DNA of 64,000 bases, taken from Candidatus Krumholzibacteriia bacterium. Its GTDB lineage: Bacteria > Krumholzibacteriota > Krumholzibacteriia > Krumholzibacteriales > Krumholzibacteriaceae. The notes beneath the pieces are model-generated. The model was not told where the DNA came from, made no database searches, and saw only the letters and a program-made list of their open reading frames with translations. The translations under genes were made by a program, and so were the position numbers. Location: NCBI GenBank assembly GCA_963836185.1, contig CAWIIQ010000003.1, positions 192,001-256,000 of the forward strand, read 5' to 3'. Of the stretch, positions 50,801-61,908 are shown piece after piece. How positions within the stretch are numbered: the first letter of the stretch is position 1; each line of letters starts with the position of its first letter.

Positions 50801-53730
50801 AGTCGTCGCTCCTCTCGTCTCTACGGTGGAGCTCTACGTTAACAATATCCCTGTCGGCAGGGAGAAGATCGGGCAGAAGCAGATCGACATCGGCGAAGGC
50901 ACGCTCGGATTCATATTCTACGGTGTCAAGATCTCTCCGGGACTGAACAATATCCTCGTCGTCTGCCGATCACAGGGTGAGAAGAATGTCTGCGTCCGCC
51001 ACGTATATCTCGCCGGCAAACCCTCCCTGGTCGTTGCCGAGCACAGGGATGTAGAGGTGCCGGCGGACGGCAGATCGAAACCCGGGCTCGTGTTCCTCGT
51101 CAGCGACGAGCACGGCCTGCCCGCCAGGGACGGACTGTTCCTCACCGTGTCGGGCCCCGGCGACCTGATCGACAAGCTCGACGTCAATCCTCAGGTAAGG
51201 GGCGTACAGGTAGCCACGAAAGACGGCCGCGTCTCGGTCGATCTGCCGCCCTCCGATTATTCGCGCAGGGAGAAGATAGCCGTTACGCTTGAGGATCTCA
51301 CCGCCGAGAGCCGCCTCGAGTATGTCTCGCCGATGCGCGACTGGTTCCTCTTCGGATTCGGCGAGGGGGACGTCGGATACAGCAGCCTGACGGGGACCGG
51401 TTCTACACACAGGACATACGAGCGGTATCCCGACGGTTTCTATGCCGAGGGCAAGCTCGCCTTTTACGGCCAGGGCGAAGTAAGCACGGGCCATCTCCTG
51501 ACGATGGCGATCGATACGAGGCCGATAGTCGAGGATAAGCTCCTTGACCGGATCGAACCGGAAAAATACTACCCGATATACGGCGACGCCAGTGAACTGA
51601 GATTCAACTCGTACTCGAAATATGGTACCTACGCGAGACTCGAGCACCGCAGCTACAACGCGATGATCGGGGACTACAAGACAGAGTTCGGCACGATGGA
51701 GTTCACCAGATACGACAGGACCTTCTCCGGATTCAGGGGATGGGGGCGTCGCGGCCGGTTCGATGTCGCCGGGTTCATGTCTTACAGCGACCAGATCACC
51801 GTCCAGGACGAACTGCGGGCGAACGGGACTAGCGGATTCTACTTCCTCCACAGGTATCCGCTTCTCGAGAACAGCGAGAAGATCAGGATAGAGGTCCGTG
51901 ACAGGTACCAGCCGGAGAAGATCGTCCGCGTCGACTATTACAGCATCAACAAGGATTACGACATCAATTACCTGGACGGCTCGATACTGTTCAAAAAGCC
52001 GATCCTCGCCTTCGACGAGAACTTCAACCCGAGGCATATCGTCGTGACATACGAGTGCCGCTCGGCCGATGACAACAATGTCATCGCCGGTATCCGGCCG
52101 ACCATCGAACTGGCCGACTCGCTGATGATGGGAGTCACGGCGGTCATCCAGGACGAGGGCGAACACAATTACTCGCTTGTCGGCGTCGATCTTGCCGGGC
52201 ACCTGTACAAGGATCTGTTCATCGAGAGCGAATACGCGCACAGCGAGAAGTTCATCGTCGGAAGCGGAGACGCCTTCAGGTTCAAGCTTATGGGACGGCA
52301 CGACCGGATGCTTCGCTGGAGCGCCTACTACCGTGATATCGACGAGAGCTTCTTCAATCCCTCATTCTCCGGAGGAAAGACAGAGCTGGGCAGCAGGAAG
52401 ATCGGCGGCGGACCTCGACTGGAGGATCGGACGCGGATGGTCGCTGATCTCGAACGGATTCGGACACAGGTACGCACAGCGAAACGAGAAGAAAAGTTAC
52501 ATCGACGTAAAAGGAAACTATCGCTCCGGCGCGCTCGATGGATCCTTCGGCCTGGCGCACGCGACGTTCAGCGATTCGAGGGACGGCTCCTCCGCTTCAG
52601 GGCTTCTCGTCGCGGCAGGAGGGTACGGCAGCGAGAATACGAAGGCCGAACTGCAGCTCGACAAGAACGTCACCGGCGATGAAGTGCCCGATTATCCCGA
52701 CCGGATACAGGCGAAGCTGACACAGAAGATATGGAGATGGCTCAACGGTGTCCTCTCATACGAATACAGGTCGGGTAGCCGCTCCGGCTCGAGGCATCTT
52801 ACTCAGCTCGGTATCGAGTCGAGCATAACAGAGAATCTCAGCGCCTACTCACGCTACCGGATGGAAGGCGCGATGAGCGGTGAGCGCTCGCAGGCGATGA
52901 TCGGGATGAAGAACAGGTTCAGGCTCTCCCCCGGGCTGACATCGACCCTCTCGGTCGAGAAGCTCGCTACGGTAAGCGGGACTGATCTCGAAGACTTCAC
53001 GGCGTTTGTGACAGAGTGGCTCTTTACGCCGCCGGGTAAGGATTACAAGTTAAGCGGCGGGTACGAGATCAGACTCGACAGGCAGAGGACGAAGCATCTC
53101 GTAGGATTCGCGGCACTCAAACGCCTCAGCGAGACCTGGGCGGGTCTCATCAAGGTCGATGCCTGGCTGTCCGATGAAAAAGAGGGGATGAACCAGTCGA
53201 AGAGCTCGGGAAGGCTCGGCTTCTCGTACAGGCCGGCATACAAGCCACTGACTGTTCTTTCGATGATAAAGGGTGTTTATGAGAAGAACAGCCCCGCTCA
53301 TCCGTTCGGGGTAGACAAGGCCCTTACCGTGATGACCGAGGCGAACTATCACCTCAACGACAGGTGGGAGATCGAGGGCAAGGTCGTCGGCCGGTGGGTC
53401 GAGAACACCTTCAGGCTGCTTACGGTCAGCTCATCTTCGTACATGTACCAGGCCCAGCTGATCAGGATGTTCGGCAAGGCCTGGGACGTAAGCGTCGCCG
53501 GGCGCGTCGTGCAGCAGATAGAGACGGGCACCCTGAGATACGGCGGCGGGATCCAGGCCGGCAGGATGATCCGCGAGAATGTCTGGGTCGGCGCCGGGTA
53601 CGATTTCGGCGGTCACAGGGACGAAGACACCGAACTGAACGAATTCACGCAGAACGGGTTCCATATAGGCGTCAAACTGAAATTCGACGAGAAGCTGCTC
53701 GGCTATTTCAACGGCAGCTCGGGAGATTGA
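47892..53730 (+). CDS. Giant outer-membrane protein: Ig/DUF11 + SdrD-B-like + OmpA-like + C-terminal beta-barrel (frameshift near 52405)
   Basis: N-terminus paralogous to the 44988 protein; GSVFIDRDGDG; AGHSD..NFELSLARA..NRRVEI (OmpA); DPEKYY-like PEKYYPIYGDAS; amphipathic strands ending KLKFDE. Confidence 0.82.
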
Positions 53731-53759
53731 GATAGAGAACACGGAGCACTGAAAAAGAA

Positions 53760-56660
53760 ATGATGAAGAGAAGTATCAAAAGTAAGACATTCAGAACGGC
53801 AGCACTCTTTGCCGTCCTTGTCATATCGGCAGCTGGAAGTGCCGGCTCTGGCGAGACAGTGATCGAAGGCGGGTTCGAGGGTGGATCGTTCGGTGCGGGC
53901 TGGGTGCATGGCGCGGCAAGGCTCAACGGGAATGAGAACGCCTTATGGGCCGACCATGATGTCGTTCTCGACCTTCCGTACACGGGAACCTGGTCTGCGC
54001 TGCTCGGCTACAAATACACAGCGGTCGCGAAGGACCGCTATGGATACATGTACCAGGAAGTCACGATCCCCGCGGACGCCTCCAGCGCAGTGTTCACCTT
54101 CCGTTACAGGCAGCAGGGATTCGATGGGCGCGCAAACGATCCTTTCGTGGCGGCAGTACGCGACCTGGCGGGCAACGTCCTCGCTACGATCGTCGATGTC
54201 GCCTTCGACGATCAGAGCAGCCACTACAAGGACAGCGGATGGGTCGATGTCACCTACGACATGAGCGCGTTCGCAGGCCAGACGGTACGTCTCGATTTTC
54301 GCCAGCACAACCTCCAGGACAACAGGTTCGAGACGTGGGTCTTCGTCGATGACGTCTCGTGTATATACAGGAAACATGTGGACCTTGCCGTCGACGGAAA
54401 CGGCGACGACGAATTCGGGGCCCCCGGAACAGGATCCGGGGGAATATCTGTTTCCAGCGGCGTGGCGGGTGGGACGGTTACCTACCTCATAGATATCGAG
54501 AACGAAGGTCTCGATATCGACTCCTACACAGTCTCCGCCTCACCCCCCGCCGGCTGGAGCGCCGTAATAAGATACGGCGGGGCCGACTATACCTCTCCAT
54601 GGACCACTTCGGCTGTCGCGCCGGGAACGACGATCTCGGCCGAGGTCATTTTGACTATATCAGCTGGTGCACCGGCAGGCAGCTATTCATCGATAGTCGA
54701 TGCCGTTTCGGTGTCCGATGGAACGAGATACGACAGCGTCACGCTCGGCACCACTATCACTTTAGTCCCGTTCGTGGCCGACCTCGTCATCGACGGTGAC
54801 GGACTGGGCACGATCGATCCCGCCGGAGGAGGCGGATCGTCGTCGGGAAGTGCCTATCCCGGAGCCTTTGTCGACTACGCTATCGAGCTTGTGAACGGCA
54901 GCAGCCAGCAGGACGATTTCACGATCAGCTTCGATTTCGATCCGGGAATAAGCGCAGTAATTATAGACGGAGCCCTGACCCATACGGCTTCGTTCAGTTC
55001 CGGGACGGTCGATTCCGGCGACTCGCGGACATATACGCTTCGCGTGACGGCCGATCCGACCTTTGCAGGAGGGGATTATCTCTCACACGTCTACGCCGCA
55101 TCCTCCGGCGATCCCTCCTCCGTGGACGGCGTCACGGCGACACTGACGGTCATCGCTCCCGTGCTCGACCTGGTCATCGACGGTAACGGAGACGGGATAT
55201 ACGATCCTTCCGGCAACGGCTTCGGTGGTGCGTACACCGTCGACGGCCTTCGTGGCACGACCGTTTATTTTTCGATCGCAGTGCAGAACGAGGGGGGAGT
55301 AGCGGATTCCTACACATTTACCTGGGACAGGCCTTCCGGCAACTGGTCCGCCGTGATCAACGACGGCACAACGGACCACGCTTTCCCGTGGACCTCTCCA
55401 GCCTTCGCTCCGGGTGAGGAGCGGACGTACACGCTCGCCGTCTCTATACCGAATAACGCGGCTTTCAATACCTGGGTATCGATCCTCGATGCAGTATCGG
55501 TCAGCGACGGCAGGATCGCGGAGAGTGTCTCGGCCGTCATCATGGTAAGCGACAAGATCGGGGTAGATGTCATCATCGACGGTAATGGTGACGGGGTTTA
55601 CGGTGGCCAGGGGACGGGAGCGGGCGGGTTGTCCTCCATTATGGCGGCGCCCGGCGACACGGTGACATTCGCGATAGTGGTCGAGAACGAGGGCGGAGTG
55701 GACAGCCACGACATCCAGTGGAACACTCCGGCAGGATGGTCGGTCCTTCTCGATGGGCAAGTCTCCCCGGTAGCCTCGGCGCCGGCGGGAGCCTACACCC
55801 TGCAGGTGATAGTGCCGCTGATGAGCCCGGTCGGGACCTTCGACATAATCCTCGACGCCATAAAGAGCAACAAGAACTTCTATGTCGACAGCGCGACCGG
55901 GCGGATCACCGTAACGGCCTCGCGACTCGTCGACGGTGTGATAGACGGGGCCGGCGACGACATCTTCGGCTCGGCGGGCCTCGGTGACGGCGGAACGTCC
56001 ACGCGCGGGACGGTGGCTGGAGTGGCAGTCGCGTTCATCGTCGAGATCCAGAACCAGGGGACGTTCGATGAGAGCTATACGGTAACGTGGAGCGAGCCGG
56101 CGGGCTGGACCGGGATCCTGGATGGATCGGTGCAGCCTTTCTCGACCGGTGTGATTCCCTCCGGAGGATCCGTGTCATACATCTTCGGGGCGACTGTGCC
56201 ACTGAGCGAGGTGCCTGGAGATTTTGATTATATCATCGATATAGTCTCAATCGACGATCCTCTGAACACGGAGAGCCTCACGGCACGTGTGACGGTTTAT
56301 CCTCCGCCGACGGTCGACCTGGTCAAGGCTGTCGACCTGGCCGCTGCCCAGCCGGGCGAGGTGGTCACCTATACACTTACATACTCGAACCCGAGCGCGG
56401 CGCCCATCATCGAGATCGAGATCGTCGATCCGGTACCGCCCGAGATGGAGCTCGTCCTTGACGCGTACGGCGCGGGGAGCGATATCTCCTGGACGACAGG
56501 GGCGGGCACAGTCTACCTTACGGCCGACCCTGCCGACGCAGATGAGGCCCTCTTCGACCCTGGCACGGGCGTCCTGCAGGTCATCCTCTCGCGGCAGGCA
56601 CCGTACATGCTCTCGACGGGTGAATCAGGCGTCATCGAGTTCCAGGTTAGAGTCAGGTAG
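53760..56660 (+). CDS. Secreted adhesin-like protein: jelly-roll-like N-terminal domain, 5 Ig repeats, C-terminal DUF11
   Basis: GGFEGG..W, YQEVTIP and FAGQTVRLDF..VDDV; five D.vIDGxGD repeats; VDLVK..PGEVVTYTL..IVDPVP..FQVRVR*. Confidence 0.82.
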   Translation: MMKRSIKSKTFRTAALFAVLVISAAGSAGSGETVIEGGFEGGSFGAGWVHGAARLNGNENALWADHDVVLDLPYTGTWSALLGYKYTAVAKDRYGYMYQEVTIPADASSAVFTFRYRQQGFDGRANDPFVAAVRDLAGNVLATIVDVAFDDQSSHYKDSGWVDVTYDMSAFAGQTVRLDFRQHNLQDNRFETWVFVDDVSCIYRKHVDLAVDGNGDDEFGAPGTGSGGISVSSGVAGGTVTYLIDIENEGLDIDSYTVSASPPAGWSAVIRYGGADYTSPWTTSAVAPGTTISAEVILTISAGAPAGSYSSIVDAVSVSDGTRYDSVTLGTTITLVPFVADLVIDGDGLGTIDPAGGGGSSSGSAYPGAFVDYAIELVNGSSQQDDFTISFDFDPGISAVIIDGALTHTASFSSGTVDSGDSRTYTLRVTADPTFAGGDYLSHVYAASSGDPSSVDGVTATLTVIAPVLDLVIDGNGDGIYDPSGNGFGGAYTVDGLRGTTVYFSIAVQNEGGVADSYTFTWDRPSGNWSAVINDGTTDHAFPWTSPAFAPGEERTYTLAVSIPNNAAFNTWVSILDAVSVSDGRIAESVSAVIMVSDKIGVDVIIDGNGDGVYGGQGTGAGGLSSIMAAPGDTVTFAIVVENEGGVDSHDIQWNTPAGWSVLLDGQVSPVASAPAGAYTLQVIVPLMSPVGTFDIILDAIKSNKNFYVDSATGRITVTASRLVDGVIDGAGDDIFGSAGLGDGGTSTRGTVAGVAVAFIVEIQNQGTFDESYTVTWSEPAGWTGILDGSVQPFSTGVIPSGGSVSYIFGATVPLSEVPGDFDYIIDIVSIDDPLNTESLTARVTVYPPPTVDLVKAVDLAAAQPGEVVTYTLTYSNPSAAPIIEIEIVDPVPPEMELVLDAYGAGSDISWTTGAGTVYLTADPADADEALFDPGTGVLQVILSRQAPYMLSTGESGVIEFQVRVR

Positions 56661-56686
56661 TCGGCCGCAGCCGACCGGGCTCTTCA

Positions 56687-56715
56687 TTGCCGACACCCGT
56701 TTTCTGTGCTATAAT
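56687..56715 (+). promoter_or_regulatory. Sigma70 promoter (extended -10)
   Basis: TTGCCG-17-TATAAT with a TGn extension. Confidence 0.65.
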
Positions 56716-56819
56716 CCCTATGTAACACCACGGCAGCTTATCCTTTTATTCGGCCCGCGCCAGTGGTCCCTCGACCCTTTACGGCCGGATTACAGTTTCT
56801 GTCATTGTCTGGAGGGGTG

Positions 56820-59800
56820 ATGATGAGACGCGCCCTCGTTCTATTTATTCTCCTGGCTATAATTCCGTCCACAGCACCGGCCCAGTCTCCTGAAATCGGG
56901 CGTATCGCGCTCTACGCCGATTCATTCAGAACATCCAGTGAAGTCGACCTGCCCGAGGCCTACACCTCGTTCGATCTCTACATCTTCTGCCAGCCGAGCG
57001 AAAACGGCATGTCATGCGCCGAGTTCGCCCTGGCCTCTACGACAGGATCGATGGTCGTTGCCGGGGGTGACTGGCACGATGGGTTGTCCGTGACGCTCGG
57101 GGATCTGATGACCGGAGTGAGTGCGTGTTTCGAGGAGTGCCAGACCGACTGGGTCTGTTTAGCCAGGGTGACGATGCTGAACTCTGATACGGACCCGGCT
57201 GTGATAGAGGTAGTGAGACATCCGGAGGCAGGTTACTACCAGTTCAGCAGCTGCCTTCCCGACCGTCCGATCGAACCGGTCTTCTTCGGGCCGGGCCTCT
57301 GTGTCAACTCTGACTGCACGCCTGATACAGATCCTCCCGTACCTGTAAGCATAGCTGTCGAGGACGATCTTCACATGACCCTGTACTTCGATGAAAAGGT
57401 ATTCGAGCCCGACGCTCTGGATCCGGGCAGCTACATCGTCTATTCGACAGAGGGCACACCGGATTCCATCCCTGTCATCTATGCGCTGCTGCGGCCCGAG
57501 GAGGACAGGGTGTGGCTGGTGCTCGGCGAGCATCTCACCGCGGACCCTTACAGGCTGGAGATAAGGGATCTCAGGGATGTCACGGGCAACCCCTCCCTGC
57601 CCGGAACCGGGATAGCGTTCGGCGGCGAGGATACTACTCCTCCCGATCTTCTGTACGCATACGCTCCGGACGATTTCAATGCGATCCTGGTCTTTACCGA
57701 AACGCTCGATCTAGTCTCGGCTGTTGATATCTCGAACTATACGACCGGTTGCGATGGTTGCCCCTCTGTCCCTCAGCCTGTCTCCGTGTCGATGAGGTCC
57801 GACGGCAGAAGTGTGTCACTGGCCCTCGACCGGCAGATGGACCAGGAGTGGATATACAACGTCACGGCCGGGGGTATCTTCGACATCTCGGGTAATGAGA
57901 TGGCTGCGCCTGTAACGGTCTTTTTCAAGGCGCCCGATACGACCCCGCCATCTATCGGCGAGGTATCGATCTCGTCGGATACCACGTTGAGGATACTCTG
58001 GAGCGAGACGCTCGATCCCGCATCGGCGGTCGATCTGGAGAACTACTCCTTTTTCAGGGACGGGCCGCCGGCCGAGCCGATGAATCTTGTATCAGCCGAA
58101 CTTTTCGGCGGCATCCATGTCAGTCTCGATTTCGAGCCCGCGATAGAGATCGATTGCGGGTATACACTGTTTGTAAGCGGGGTGACGGACAGCTCGATGA
58201 ATGTGATGCTTCCCGACACCTTATATGTAACACCTCTGGATACGATCCCTCCGGTCCTGCTCGGCGCTGAATGCATGGGGCTCCGGGACGTCGACCTGAC
58301 ATTCGACGAACCGGTCGATCCATCGGTGGCGGGAGCGACCGGATTTTTCCAGGTCTATCCGGCGGGAGATCCGGGGACTCTCCTTGATATAGACGGGATC
58401 TCTCTCTATCTCGGTGATACGGTAACCCGCCTTCATCTGATCGATGACCTCGCACACGGGATGAGTTACACGGCCCGCGTCATCAGCATCCGTGACCCGG
58501 CCGGGAACTCACTGCCCTCTCAGCAGCGCGATTTTACCTGTTACGACATATATTCCCCCGAAGTCCTCGAGATATTCCTGTCCGACCTCACGCATGTAAA
58601 TATCCGGTTCGATGAGATGGTCGATGGCGCGGCGGAACAGACGGCCAGCTATATCCTCCGTGAAGCGGCCGATTCCACTGCCGTGGTCGATCTGGCCTCT
58701 GCCGCCCTTTTCGATGGAGCGACGCGGGCAGTGCTGATAACGGCGGCGCCCCTCGGTATTGGCGAGATGTATATCCTGAAGATGAGCGGGATAGGGGACA
58801 TGATCGGGAATATGGTCGACCCGGACACTTCTTGGACCTTTATCGCTGAAGATACGGTCGATCCGGTCCTTCTCGGCCTTACCGTGACCAGCGACAGCAT
58901 CATCCATCTGGAATTCAACGAGCCCCTCGACCCGGCGGCGGCTGAGGATATCGCGAAATATGCCGTCGTGGAAACGGGCGACACATCAGTCAGGCTGCCG
59001 CTCCAGTCGGCATCGCTCGATCCGGCCGGCACTACGGCAGATCTCGAGATCGACGGGCGCGCAGCGATCGGGACGACGTACGCCGTCTGGATCGCCGGTG
59101 TGACGGATGTAGCGGGAAACGCATTCTACGGGGCCTCCGGCGACTTCCAATTCATCGACGACATCCCTCCGCGCCTGCTCTCCGTTGCCGGGGTGACGAC
59201 GAGGGATGTCATCGTCTTTTTCGATGAAGCGGTCACGGACGCCACGGCCGGTGACGAGCTCAACTACAGGCTGTATCCGACGGGCGACCCGGCATCAGAG
59301 GTCGGCATATTCCAGGCCGACAGACTCGCGGACCAGGTGACCGTCAAGCTCATGCTTTTCGAGGACCTCGCTCAGGGTACGGACTACACCCTCGATGTCG
59401 CCGATATCATGGACCTTGCCGGACATGCCATCGAGCCGGTTTCGATCGAGTTTCATTTCCTCGACCTCTTTCCGCCGGGGATCGTGGATGTGGACCTGAT
59501 CGACCCTTCGAGGCTGTCGATAGAGTTCGACGAACCTGTCGATTCGGTGACGGCAAGTGATATCAGGCAACTACGATGTATATCTGAGTTCTGATCCATC
59601 TGAGCTGATATCTGTGAATTCGATAGACTGGATGACCGGCGAGGTCCGGCTGAACCTCGCTACCGAGCCCCAGCCGAACGTTGACTACACGGTAAGGATC
59701 GATGGGGTCGAGGACCGGTTCGGCAATGCCTGCAGTGGACTCTACGGAAGCTTCAGGCGTGATGTCCTCGCGCCGTCGACAAAGATGTACCTCTTCGCCG

Positions 59801-60771
59801 ATGAATACAGGAGCACACACGATGTAGATGCCGATGTTCTTTACCAGCCTTTCAGTTATTACGTCTGGCTCGAGCCCGGCGGCAACGGAGTCTTCAGCGT
59901 CGATTACTCCCTGAGCGGGCCGGAGACGTATGTCCCGATAGGTATAGAGATGAATCCTGCCTGTGTGTCCGGGGTCCTTGGGGACCCCTGGATCGGGCAC
60001 ACCGTCGAGCTGTCGGTCTGTGAGCACGACTGGCTCTGGATCGCCCGGATCGACTGTATCTGTATCGATCCTGGAGAGCAGGAGGTAGTATGGATCGTGC
60101 CGCATCCCGGCGAGGGAGCGGTACAGGTCGCTTCATGCCTGGCAGGAAATCCGGTGGAGCAGGTGGTGGCGACATACCCGCTGCTCATAAACGCTGTTTA
60201 CATAGGCACGATGCTGGAGAGCTGGGACGTATCGCTGAGTGGCGGCGGTATCGAGCTGACCTGGTCGATCCTCCAGGCGGCGGGTTCGCCGGGGTTCGAG
60301 GTCTCACGAAGTTCCGAAGGCGCTGATATGTGGCAGAACCTCGACAGCGAGCTGATCCGCGGCGACGGCCTGAACTATTCGATGCTCGACATCGATGTCG
60401 AGTTCGGCCTGTCGTACAGGTACCGGGTCGAATGTGTCGAGGATGACGGGCGAAAGATCCTTTTCGAAACAGGTCCGGTCGCGACCCCGGCCATGCCGCT
60501 CACGCTCAGGCAGAACAATCCCAACCCGTTCAATCCTTCGACCCGCATCGAATTCCTCCTGCCGCGTCCCGGCCACGTCCGCATCGAGGTGTTCGATGTC
60601 AACGGGAGGCTGATCAGGGTCCTCGCCGACGGGCACTTAGCGAGCGGCGGGCATTCGGTCGACTGGGACGGACGGGACCGCACAGGCACGATGGTATCGT
60701 CGGGAGTATATTTCTACAGGCTGACGGCGGGGAAAGAGAGCCTGTCGCGGAAAATGGTGCTTCTGCGGTGA
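56820..60771 (+). CDS. Surface protein with 8 Big_5/SbsA-like Ig repeats and FlgD-Ig/T9SS-like C-terminal domain (frameshift near 59565)
   Basis: Signal peptide; DTxPP..FdE.vD...A....Y..D..GN repeats; LRQNNPNPFNPST..WDG..SGVYFYRL..KMVLLR. Confidence 0.82.
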
Positions 60772-60774
60772 TGA

Positions 60775-61908
60775 TCAGACCGAGCCGACTGTCTCCCTGA
60801 CAGCCTCGATCACGTACTCGACCTCTTCGTCGGTCAGCTTCGGGTAGAGTGGAAGGCTGATCGTCCGCACGCCGATCTCCTCGGCCACCGGGAACATCCC
60901 CTCCCTGAATCCGAACCTCTCCCTGTAATAGGTCATCTGGTGGACAGGGACGAAGTTTATCGATACGCCGACTCCGCGCTCCTGGAGGCCGTTCATCACG
61001 GCGTCCCTTTTGGCGGGATCGACGAGGATCGTCAGAAGGTGGTAGGCGTGCATGGCCTCGGGCCTTGTCGTATGGAGATCGATCCCGTCGATAGCGGAGA
61101 ACGCCTCGGTGTACCGGTCGAATATCTCTTTTCTCCGGGCGCTGTACCCGCCGATCTTCTTGAGCTGCTCGATCAGTATCGCTGCATGGATCGAGTCCAT
61201 GTTGTATTTCCAGCCGAACATGCCGATGTCGTACTTCTCGTAATTACTCGTGTACCTGTCGACGGCGAGCTGGTTGAACCCGTGAAGGCGCAGCATGTTG
61301 ACCAGTTCGTACTGCTTCTCGTCGGCGACTGTTACGGCGCCGCCCTCTCCCGAGGTGATGTTCTTTGTCGCGTAGAAGCTGAAGGCGGCATATTCGCCAT
61401 AATGCCCCGGCGCTTTCCCGTTCCATTTCGCCTCGATAGCGTGAGCGGCGTCCTCGACGATAAATAGGCCGTGCCTGTCGGCCACCGCCCTGAGTGCGTC
61501 CATGTCGCACATCTGCCCGTAGAGATGGACGGGGATTATCGCCTTCGTGCGCTCCGTGACTGCGGCTTCGACTGCCTCAGGGTCGATATTACCGGTGCCC
61601 CGGTCGACGTCGGTGAGAACAGGCGTCGCTCCTGCCATCAGCGCCGCGTTGGGAGAGCCGATGAATGTGAGCGTAGACGTGATGACCTCGTCGCCCGGCT
61701 GAACGCCGCCGGCGAGCAGGGCGAGCTGCATGGCCGCGGTGCAGCTCGTCACCGCGACTGTATGCGGCAGATCGAGATACTTCGCGAAGTCGTTTTCGAA
61801 TTCGTAGACGGCTTTGCCTGTCGTGATGAACAGGGAGCCGAGTACTTCACGCAGCCTGTTGAGCTCCTCTTCTTCGATGCCATGTTTGAAAAACTCGACC
61901 TTTTTCAA
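60775..61908 (-). CDS. DegT/DnrJ/EryC1/StrS aminotransferase
   Basis: IPVHLYGQ, EDAAHA, SFYATKNITSGEGG and SLPLYP motifs. Confidence 0.93.
   Translation of the reverse strand: MKKVEFFKHGIEEEELNRLREVLGSLFITTGKAVYEFENDFAKYLDLPHTVAVTSCTAAMQLALLAGGVQPGDEVITSTLTFIGSPNAALMAGATPVLTDVDRGTGNIDPEAVEAAVTERTKAIIPVHLYGQMCDMDALRAVADRHGLFIVEDAAHAIEAKWNGKAPGHYGEYAAFSFYATKNITSGEGGAVTVADEKQYELVNMLRLHGFNQLAVDRYTSNYEKYDIGMFGWKYNMDSIHAAILIEQLKKIGGYSARRKEIFDRYTEAFSAIDGIDLHTTRPEAMHAYHLLTILVDPAKRDAVMNGLQERGVGVSINFVPVHQMTYYRERFGFREGMFPVAEEIGVRTISLPLYPKLTDEEVEYVIEAVRETVGSV

Noticed and set aside
52177-53730. Separate outer-membrane protein gene
   Set aside because: No signal peptide and an implausible N-terminus; it continues the 47892 ORF across an indel near 52405.
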